Below, in pieces: positions 16,520 to 23,788 of a DNA stretch of 33,266 nucleotides; positions within the stretch are counted from its first letter, which is position 1, and every line of letters starts with the position of its first letter. The position numbers were made by a program, and so were the translations under genes. The stretch covers positions 1 to 33,266 of the forward strand of contig CAZQDO010000004.1 in the NCBI GenBank assembly GCA_964592085.1, given 5' to 3'. Under the pieces are notes generated by a model that was given only the letters and a program-made list of their open reading frames with translations, was not told the origin of the DNA and did no database searches. Source of the stretch: an uncultured Anaerolineae bacterium. GTDB taxonomy: Bacteria > Chloroflexota > Anaerolineae > VGOG01.

Positions 16520-17836
16520 ATGACTAAAATCGCCTTCATCGGCGCAGGAAGCTTGGAATTCACTCGTAAACTGGCCAGGGACCTCATGACCTTCCCCCTG
16601 TTGCAAGACGCCACGCTGGCCTTGATGGACATCAACGCCGAACGCCTGGATTTCGCTCAGAGGTCTGTCCAGAAGATTGTGGAGTTGGGCAACTATCCGG
16701 CCACAGTGGAGGCAACCACGGACCGGGCGGAGGCCCTGAAGGGTGCCGATGCCGTGCTGGTCACCATCCTGGCCGGGGGGACGGACGTGTGGCGTCACGA
16801 CATCGAGATCCCCAAGAAATATGGGGTGGACATCAACATCGGCGATACCCGGGGCCCATCAGGTATCTTCCGAGCGCTGCGGACCATCCCGGTGATGCTG
16901 GACATCGCCCATGACATGGAGCGCTATTGCCCGCGCGCCACCATGCTCAACTATACCAACCCTATGGCCATGCTCTGTCGCGCCATGCAGCGGGAGACCA
17001 GTATCCGCCTCACCGGGCTGTGCCACAGTGTCCAGGGCACAGCAATGATGCTGGCTCGCTGGATCGGTGCGCCTATGGAAGAGATCACCTATACCTGCGC
17101 CGGTATCAATCACATGGCCTGGTACCTGAAGTTTGAGTGGAATGGCAAAGATGCGTACCCCCTCATCCGCAAGGCCATTACGGAGGATCCAGAGATTTAT
17201 AACGAGGAGATCGTGCGCAACGAGATGTTCCTCCACCTCGATTATTACGTGACCGAGTCCAGCGGACACAACTCCGAGTACAACTGGTGGTTCCGCAAGC
17301 GGCCCGATCTGATCGAGAAGTACTGCACCCACGGCACCGGTTGGAATCCCGGCGAGCACGCCTACATCCTCACGGAATATCAGAAGCGCGAGGACACCTG
17401 GCGTGACGAGGCAAAAAAGTGGTTCGCCGACGACACGCCCATTTCGCTGGAGCGGGGGCACGAATACGCGGCCTACATCGTCAACGCACTGATGGGGGGT
17501 GAACCCTTCGAGTTCAATGGCAACGTGCCCAACACGGGTCTGGTCACCAACCTGCCTGAGAACGCCTGCGTGGAAGTGCCGGTTTGGGCCAGTCGCAAGG
17601 GGTTAAGCCCCGTGCAAGTGGGCGCACTGCCGCCCCAATGCGCAGTTCTCACCAACCTGAGTTCCACACTTGAGGAGATGGCAGTCGAGGCCGCTCTCAC
17701 TGGCGACACCCGGCTGGTCTTCCAGGCCATCGCTTTCGATCCGTTGACGGCCTCTGTCCTCTCGCTGGCCGAGATTAAGCAAATGGTCAACGAAATGTTC
17801 CAGCAAAACCGGGACCACCTGCCTCAATTTCAGTGA
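16520..17836 (+). CDS. Glycoside hydrolase family 4, paralogue 2
   Basis: [45 protein letters not shown] used the ATG at 16520; the ORF track starts at the TTG at 16517. Confidence 0.9.
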   Translation: MTKIAFIGAGSLEFTRKLARDLMTFPLLQDATLALMDINAERLDFAQRSVQKIVELGNYPATVEATTDRAEALKGADAVLVTILAGGTDVWRHDIEIPKKYGVDINIGDTRGPSGIFRALRTIPVMLDIAHDMERYCPRATMLNYTNPMAMLCRAMQRETSIRLTGLCHSVQGTAMMLARWIGAPMEEITYTCAGINHMAWYLKFEWNGKDAYPLIRKAITEDPEIYNEEIVRNEMFLHLDYYVTESSGHNSEYNWWFRKRPDLIEKYCTHGTGWNPGEHAYILTEYQKREDTWRDEAKKWFADDTPISLERGHEYAAYIVNALMGGEPFEFNGNVPNTGLVTNLPENACVEVPVWASRKGLSPVQVGALPPQCAVLTNLSSTLEEMAVEAALTGDTRLVFQAIAFDPLTASVLSLAEIKQMVNEMFQQNRDHLPQFQ

Positions 17837-17870
17837 TCAGTGATTGCCTGAGAGGAGAAATTAGAGAACC

Positions 17871-19268
17871 ATGCCCAAGATCACCTTCATCGGAGCTGGC
17901 AGCACCGTTTTCGCCAAGCGTCTGCTGGTTGACATCCTGAGCTTTCCTGAGCTGGCTAACTCCACCATCAGTCTGCACGACATTGATGAGAAACGCCTGC
18001 GCACCTCAGAGGTCGTGGCCCGCAAATTAGCCCAGGCCCTGGACGCTCACCCCACCATCGAAGCCACTACTGACCGCCGGGCAGCTCTGGATGGCGCGGA
18101 TTATGCCATCAGCATGTTCCAGGTGGCGGGTTATGAGCCGGGCACGGTGATTGACTTCGAGGTTCCCAGGAAATACGGCCTGCGTCAGACGATAGCCGAC
18201 ACCCTGGGCATTGGTGGCATCCTGCGTGCCCTGCGCACCATCCCCGCCCTGCTGGAGATGACCCAGGACATGGAGGCACTGTGCCCAGGCGCCACTTTCC
18301 TGAACTACGTCAACCCGATGGCCATGAACTGCTGGGCCATCAGCCGGGCCAGCAAAGTCAAGACGGTGGGGTTGTGTCACAGCGTCCAGGGCACGGCGGC
18401 ACAACTGGCCTACGACATCGGCGTGCCGCTAGAGGAAATCAACTACCTGTGCGCGGGCATCAATCACATGGCCTTCTACCTGCGCTTCGAGCGCAAGACG
18501 GAGGACGGCGTCGAGGACCTCTACCCGCGCATCCGTCAGGTAGTAGAAGAGGGGCGGGTGCCCGACTGGAACCGGGTGCGCTACGAGATACTCACCCGCC
18601 TGGGCTACTTCGTCACCGAGTCCAGCGAGCACTTCGCCGAATACGTGCCCTGGTTCATCAAGCGGGATCGCCCAGACCTGCTCGAGCGATTCAACGTTCC
18701 GCTGGATGAATACATTCGGCGCTGCGAAGCTCAAATTGGCCTGTGGGAGGTTATGCAGGAGAGTCTGGAGGACCCCGACATCTCCATTGCAGAGGTCGCG
18801 TCTGAGATGTTGGAGAGCGCTCGCAAGGCATTGGAGAGCACGGTCATGCCGGCCCATTTCATTGAAGAGATATTTGAGATGAGGATGAGCGGCGAATACG
18901 CCCCGCTGATTATCCACAGCATGGAGAGCGGCACACCCCGCGTGGTCTACGGCAATGTGCCCAACCGTGGTCTGATTGACAACTTGCCCCCAGGCTGTAT
19001 CGTGGAAGTTCCGTGCGTGGTGGACAAGAACGGCGTACAACCCACCCGCATCGGTGCCCTGCCGCCGCACCTGGCCGCGCTGATGCAGACCAACATCAAC
19101 GTGCAGGCATTGACGGTGGAAGCGGCCCTGACGCACAAACGAGGGCACATCTACCACGCCGCCATGCTAGACCCTCACACCGCCGCCGAACTGGACCTGG
19201 ATCAGATCTGGAATCTGGTGGACGACCTGATCGAGGCGCACGGCGACTGGTTGCCGACCTATCGGTGA
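17871..19268 (+). CDS. Glycoside hydrolase family 4, paralogue 3
   Basis: [52 protein letters not shown] lies upstream. Confidence 0.9.
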   Translation: MPKITFIGAGSTVFAKRLLVDILSFPELANSTISLHDIDEKRLRTSEVVARKLAQALDAHPTIEATTDRRAALDGADYAISMFQVAGYEPGTVIDFEVPRKYGLRQTIADTLGIGGILRALRTIPALLEMTQDMEALCPGATFLNYVNPMAMNCWAISRASKVKTVGLCHSVQGTAAQLAYDIGVPLEEINYLCAGINHMAFYLRFERKTEDGVEDLYPRIRQVVEEGRVPDWNRVRYEILTRLGYFVTESSEHFAEYVPWFIKRDRPDLLERFNVPLDEYIRRCEAQIGLWEVMQESLEDPDISIAEVASEMLESARKALESTVMPAHFIEEIFEMRMSGEYAPLIIHSMESGTPRVVYGNVPNRGLIDNLPPGCIVEVPCVVDKNGVQPTRIGALPPHLAALMQTNINVQALTVEAALTHKRGHIYHAAMLDPHTAAELDLDQIWNLVDDLIEAHGDWLPTYR

Positions 19269-19291
19269 CGTCTGGGGCCGAAAGGACACAA

Positions 19292-19346
19292 GAGGCAGAC
19301 CTCCCAACCTGTCCCTCAGACAGGTTGGGAGGTCTGCCTCGTTTTT
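19292..19346. terminator. Strong bidirectional rho-independent terminator between convergent genes
   Basis: A 22-bp perfect stem pairs GAGGCAGACCTCCCAACCTGTC with GACAGGTTGGGAGGTCTGCCTC. The loop is 5 nt (CCTCA) and GTTTTT follows. It lies between the GH4-3 stop (19268) and the methyltransferase stop (19432). Confidence 0.85.
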
Positions 19347-19431
19347 GAGCTGGGGATCATTTGGGGGCAGACGGTCGAGGAAGTGTTGTCTAGCTCACAG
19401 ATTACCAGCAGAGGCGGCTCCCAACATGCTC

Positions 19432-20196
19432 TCAGTCCAAGTCACTTGATCCGTTAAATCCCACAGTCCGTTGTCCCTTCCCCACCACCACAAAATGCGA
19501 CAACCCAAAAGCCCGCAGCGGTGTCCTTTCCAGGAAATAGGTGACCCGGCGCAAAAGTCTCCCTATCCCCGGACGGCGGGCCGCGATCTTATCGTAACCG
19601 GGGTAGATTTGGGTGTGCACGATGATCTCCACATCCAGGCCGTCGAACAGTCGGCAAATGTCACCGCCGGTGTAAGTTCGCACGTGGGGGCAGAGGCGTC
19701 GCCGCAGGAAATCTGGCAGGTAGTTGACCAGTGGGATGTTGCCGAAGCGGTACGTCCCCCGCCAGAAGATGCCGTGGGTCTCCAGGGGATAGAGGCGGTT
19801 AGGAGCGAAGATGACGATGCGGCCTCCCTCTTTGATCACCCGATGAGCCTCGCGGATGGCCTGCTGGTCGTCTTCAACGTGCTCGATGACCTCGTGCAGG
19901 AGCACCACGTCGAAGAAGCCGTCGGGAAAGGGCAACTTCTCCGCTGGAGCCAGGTGGATGTTGGGCAGCGTCTGGCTCGCCTCCGCCACCTTCTGCGGGT
20001 CCACGTCCACGCCGTAGACTTCCTCGCTGAAAGCCCGCATCTTCTTCACATACATCCCCAGCCCACAGCCCACGTCCAGGATGCACTTGCCCTCCAGCGG
20101 CGCATACTTGCGGATCAGGGCCAGTCGCCTGTCCTGCCCAAAGCGCCAGACATAGCTGGGATGGCCGAGGGTGATGGCTTTTCTATCCCGGTTCAC
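19432..20196 (-). CDS. Class I SAM-dependent methyltransferase (Methyltransf_11-like)
   Basis: Motif I is CILDVGCGLGMY, followed by FFDVVLLHEVIEHVED. I chose the GTG at 20196 because the upstream part of ORF 19432-20535 overlaps the MFS gene and is Arg/Gly/Pro-rich junk. This GTG overlaps the MFS TGA stop (GTGA). Confidence 0.8.
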   Translation of the reverse strand: MNRDRKAITLGHPSYVWRFGQDRRLALIRKYAPLEGKCILDVGCGLGMYVKKMRAFSEEVYGVDVDPQKVAEASQTLPNIHLAPAEKLPFPDGFFDVVLLHEVIEHVEDDQQAIREAHRVIKEGGRIVIFAPNRLYPLETHGIFWRGTYRFGNIPLVNYLPDFLRRRLCPHVRTYTGGDICRLFDGLDVEIIVHTQIYPGYDKIAARRPGIGRLLRRVTYFLERTPLRAFGLSHFVVVGKGQRTVGFNGSSDLD

Positions 20197-21443
20197 TGTG
20201 TTGATTCCTTTGCATCCTCCACCAACCCCGCGACTCCCAAAGCAGCCAGGGCGAAGATGCCGGCCGCGCAAGGGAAGATGAAGCGGAGGCCTATTCCTGT
20301 GGCGATAGCTGCGCCAACCATTGGAGCTATGGCATTCGCCATGGAGACGGCGCTGGCGTCCAGGCCGTACACGATCCCCTGCCGGCCTTCTGGGGCCAGG
20401 TTGGCTAACGTGGCACTGACGGAAGCCAAGACACCCCCCAGCACTACGCCCGCTGCAGCTTGCAGGATCAGCAATTGGGTGGGTGTGTGAACGAAGGACT
20501 GAGGGACGTACAGCGCTGCCGCTCCTAGCGCACAAGACACCAGCACACGCCGATGGCCGATGCGATCACCGATTCGCCCCAGGGTGACCGCACCCAGGGC
20601 ACTGGCAGCCGCTCCTGCCCCCGTGATCAACCCTGTGACAGAGGCCACCCGTTCTCCATCTGGCATCAAGGACTGAACGAAGAGCGGCAACATGGGGCTT
20701 ACGATCCTCGCCCCAAAACGCATGACCACCCGGGTGCCGAACATGATCAACAAAGCCCGCGATCGCAGCACCAAAGCCAATCCCTGCCGGAATCCCTCGA
20801 CTGCACTCGTGCCGGGGCCATCGGCTGGCGAGCCCCCTTTCTGTTGGGATGGCTCGAAGTGCTCCTCGACCAGGAAGAACACGCCCAGGCCCGCTACGAA
20901 GAGCAATGCGGCCGTCACCCAGAAGGCAGCCTGATAGCCAAAAGCGTCGGCCACCAAACCGCCCAGCAGTGGGCCGGCCGAGGCCCCGCTGTAGACCGCC
21001 ATCTGCAACAGCCCCAGAGCATAGCCGGCTCTCTGGCGGGGCGCTGAACTGGCTACCAGCGTGGTGGCCGCAGACACGGTGCCTGACACACACCCCTGCA
21101 ATATCCTCAGGATCGCCAGTTGCTGCACGCTGCGTGCAAATCCCGTGGCGCCAAGCAGCACTGCTCCGCCAAACATGGCGCGCACTACCATCAATTTGCG
21201 CCCGTAGCGATCGGCCAGGGAACCCCAGATAGGGGCAAAGATGGTCATGGTGATAGCGTGGCCAGTTAACAGAAGCCCAGACCAGATTGCCGCCTGGTCC
21301 AGGTCGGTCACTCCCAATTCCTGCACGTAGTAGGGCATGAAGGGCATGACCACGCTGAAGCCAGCGATAGCCACCAGCTCCGCCACCCAGATTACGTATA
21401 GATTGCGCTGCCAACCTCGCTTCGACGAATCCGCTTCCATCAT
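20193..21443 (-). CDS. MFS transporter (DHA-type, 12 TM)
   Basis: MFS motif A GSLADRYGRK lies between TM2 and TM3, and 12 hydrophobic segments are present. I prefer the start at ATG 21443 (MMEADSSKRGWQRNLYVIWV); the ORF-track start is 21497. Confidence 0.85.
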   Translation of the reverse strand: MMEADSSKRGWQRNLYVIWVAELVAIAGFSVVMPFMPYYVQELGVTDLDQAAIWSGLLLTGHAITMTIFAPIWGSLADRYGRKLMVVRAMFGGAVLLGATGFARSVQQLAILRILQGCVSGTVSAATTLVASSAPRQRAGYALGLLQMAVYSGASAGPLLGGLVADAFGYQAAFWVTAALLFVAGLGVFFLVEEHFEPSQQKGGSPADGPGTSAVEGFRQGLALVLRSRALLIMFGTRVVMRFGARIVSPMLPLFVQSLMPDGERVASVTGLITGAGAAASALGAVTLGRIGDRIGHRRVLVSCALGAAALYVPQSFVHTPTQLLILQAAAGVVLGGVLASVSATLANLAPEGRQGIVYGLDASAVSMANAIAPMVGAAIATGIGLRFIFPCAAGIFALAALGVAGLVEDAKESTQ

Positions 21444-21668
21444 CCTACAGTCTTTGGTGCGAAAAGAATGCTGTGCGGTGCTACCGCACAGCATCATCAG
21501 TCCATATTGTACTACAAGTGGCTTGGCAAGTAAAATCTCACCTCACGTAGGCTCACTGGTTGAAACACAGAGAATCTCGCCGCCGTGAAGACGTCCCGAT
21601 ACACGCCTGAGCTACCTTCCTACGGCAGGATGATCTTGCGGATGCGGTTGTTGTCCAGTAAGTCTTTG

Positions 21669-23069
21669 TTAGTCTGCTTGGCTCACAGCAAGCAGTCTTC
21701 GCTTGGCTATTTCGCAGTAGTTTCTGTCAATCTCGACCCCGATTCCTTCCCTGCTTGTCTCAAGACAGGCGATGAGGGTTGACCCGCTTCCGAGAAAAGG
21801 ATCGAGCACTGTATCCCCTACAAATGTGAACAGCTTTATGCATCTCCGTGGCAGCTCTACGGGAAACGGGGCCGGATGTCCCACCCGCTTCCTGCTCTCT
21901 CCACTGAAGTTCCACACCCCATTGGTCCACTCCATGAACTCTTCTCTGGTGATATCGGATTGTCTGCTCCCACCCGCTTTTTTCCACTGCTGCTTGTAAA
22001 GAACAACGATCACTTCCACCGGTGCGATCACGTAAGGGGCTGAGGCGCTGAGCCAGGAGCCCCACGCCGTGCGCCTGGAGATGTTCTGCTCGTTCCAGAT
22101 GATGGTGGAATGATATTTCCAGCCAACCTGCTTGGCAATGGTGGTGATGTCGGCGCAGACGCTTTGTTGGCCGCCTTTGTTCTTGTCCAACGGGATGTTG
22201 AGACAGAACCGGCCGTCGTCTTTTGCCAGCTCCAGACACCTGGCCAGCCACTCCCTGGTAAACTCCAGGTACTCTTCATAAGAAATGTCATCGTCATAAG
22301 AGCCGTATTTGATGTCCACGTTGTAAGGGGGAGAGGTTACGATGAGGTCAATGCTGTTTTTCTCCACGCACGCCGTGGTTAGAAAATCGTCGTGGTAGAT
22401 CAACACCGGATCTTTACGAAAGCAGGGATGGCCTTTTCGCGGAGACGCCATCGTATTCCCCGAAGATTTCGGCCATTCATCCCAAGCAATGGCCTTGAGC
22501 TTTTCCGTCTCAATCAGGGTTATTCTGTCCGGTCGCCCCGGCCTGCTATAGACCTTGTATCTGGCAGCTTTTGCCAAATGTACTGTGGTGTTCAGGTCAA
22601 CCAACTGCTCTACCAATTCGATCAGGTCGTCACGCTTTACAACAACCAGTGCATCCTTCTTCTCGAAAGCGATCAGCTCCGCTTTTCCGCCGTATAGCCA
22701 GCCACGGTCATTCTCCCTCACGCCATGTAGCTCTATCCACATCCATTCGTCCTGGACATGAGAATCAAGGCGACTCAACCGCTTCATGCCCTTCACGTCA
22801 ACCCTGTATCTTTCTGCCCCTTTCTCGATCAGAAGGTCCCAGTGGTCATGGACGTTGGCGTAGCTTGAGGCCGCCGTTACCTTCCACCCCTTTTCAGCGG
22901 CGATTCGGGCAAAAACGGTTTCTGCCCTCTGCCCTATTTCGAGACAATCTCTCTTGTCGTGCTTGTTGCGTTTGTCGTGCATGGCATAACCTGTTCGAAA
23001 ATAGCCCGCACTTCGGCGGGCTCTGGGGGAGACGATCCATATATCGCTTGGAAATTTGGCAAGCCCCAC
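21669..23069 (-). CDS. Fusion protein: N-terminal PD-(D/E)xK-like module + beta-class N4/N6 DNA methyltransferase
   Basis: The C-terminal half has motif IV TSPPY (22323-22334) before motif I DPFLGSGST (21777-21803), plus HPAPFPVELP, matching the N6_N4_Mtase family. The N-terminal ~200 aa has E50...HDHWD78...D91-V-K93. The start is either ATG 23069 or ATG 22982 (MHDKRNKHDKRD). GC is clearly lower than in the flanks. Confidence 0.8.
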   Translation of the reverse strand: MGLAKFPSDIWIVSPRARRSAGYFRTGYAMHDKRNKHDKRDCLEIGQRAETVFARIAAEKGWKVTAASSYANVHDHWDLLIEKGAERYRVDVKGMKRLSRLDSHVQDEWMWIELHGVRENDRGWLYGGKAELIAFEKKDALVVVKRDDLIELVEQLVDLNTTVHLAKAARYKVYSRPGRPDRITLIETEKLKAIAWDEWPKSSGNTMASPRKGHPCFRKDPVLIYHDDFLTTACVEKNSIDLIVTSPPYNVDIKYGSYDDDISYEEYLEFTREWLARCLELAKDDGRFCLNIPLDKNKGGQQSVCADITTIAKQVGWKYHSTIIWNEQNISRRTAWGSWLSASAPYVIAPVEVIVVLYKQQWKKAGGSRQSDITREEFMEWTNGVWNFSGESRKRVGHPAPFPVELPRRCIKLFTFVGDTVLDPFLGSGSTLIACLETSREGIGVEIDRNYCEIAKRRLLAVSQAD

Positions 23070-23073
23070 TTGC

Positions 23074-23700
23074 CTACTTGATCACCAGCACCTCATCTAC
23101 GGCCACCCTGAAGCCGGCCAACACCTCCGAACGAGCATCCTCGCCTGCAGCCCACTTACCCAGCAGTTCGTAAGCTCCCTCGCGGAGGGTGAACACCTCG
23201 ACTGTCCGTCCATAGGGATCCACGATCCAATACTCCCTCACCCCGGCTTGCGCGTATTCCACCGGCTTCTCCAGGCGATCCGTGCGCCGGGTGCTGGGAG
23301 AGAGTACCTCCACCACGAGATCCGGCGGGCCATAGGCCTGCTCACCGATGCGATCGCTGTGTTCCCTGGCCACAAAGAGAATATCCGGCTCACGAATCTT
23401 GCCAGGCCACAGACGCACCGGCAGCGGGCCTATTTGAACGAGACCTAGATCTCGTTCTTCGACAAAAGCTCTCAGCCTGGTGGCTAGTTCGAATACGATC
23501 AGTTGATGGGTGTGGGTTGGATGAAGGGGCATGACCAGTTCTCCTTCTGACAGCTCGACAAAACGGTTTGTCTCCGGCAAGATGAAATAATCCGCCTCCG
23601 TCCACTGCCCCCGAGGCGGCCACAACTGGGCCACTTCAACCGTCAGTTCCAACGGTTGAATAGCTGCTTCCGCCATGCTGCCAGATGTAGTAGCTCTCAT
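23074..23700 (-). CDS. Uma2 family endonuclease (DUF820, PD-(D/E)xK)
   Basis: Hallmarks are WTEADYFILPE...VELSEGELV, EPDILFV, PPDLVVEVLSPSTRRTDRLEKPVEYAQAGVREYWIVDP. AAGGTG lies upstream of the ATG at 23700. Confidence 0.88.
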   Translation of the reverse strand: MRATTSGSMAEAAIQPLELTVEVAQLWPPRGQWTEADYFILPETNRFVELSEGELVMPLHPTHTHQLIVFELATRLRAFVEERDLGLVQIGPLPVRLWPGKIREPDILFVAREHSDRIGEQAYGPPDLVVEVLSPSTRRTDRLEKPVEYAQAGVREYWIVDPYGRTVEVFTLREGAYELLGKWAAGEDARSEVLAGFRVAVDEVLVIK

Positions 23701-23734
23701 CGTACACCTTGTTTCCAGGGGAATTCGTAAGCTC

Positions 23735-23779
23735 GTAGATTCGTAAATTGGTACATTGGGTACGAACCTACGAATCTAC
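23735..23779. repeat. 11-bp perfect inverted repeat (GTAGATTCGTA / TACGAATCTAC) between ABC permease stop and Uma2 start
   Basis: The arms lie at 23735-23745 and 23769-23779 with a 23-nt loop. No U-tract follows on the minus strand, so a terminator role is uncertain. Confidence 0.4.
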
Positions 23780-23788
23780 CGTAACTGA

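Noticed and set aside
19471-21414. Long ORFs 19471-20490(+), 20566-21414(-) and 20849-21232(+) overlapping the methyltransferase and MFS genes
   Set aside because: They are Arg/Pro/Gly/Ala-rich with no motifs, which is typical of open alternative frames in high-GC DNA. The chosen frames carry the SAM-binding motif and MFS motif A respectively.
21505-21533. A possible promoter for the MFS gene (TACAAT on the minus strand at 21505-21510)
   Set aside because: At 17-nt spacing the -35 is TTACTT (poor match), and the better-looking TTGCCA is only 12 nt away. This is not convincing enough to report as a feature.
21585-21668. A possible gene remnant downstream of the methylase on the minus strand (frame reads ..NKDLLDNNRIRKIILP-stop), and the small ORF 21585-21782(+)
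   Set aside because: The remnant frame is only about 18 codons after an in-frame stop, and I cannot assign it to any family. The plus-strand ORF overlaps the methylase C-terminus and looks non-protein-like. The evidence is too weak to call a pseudogene.
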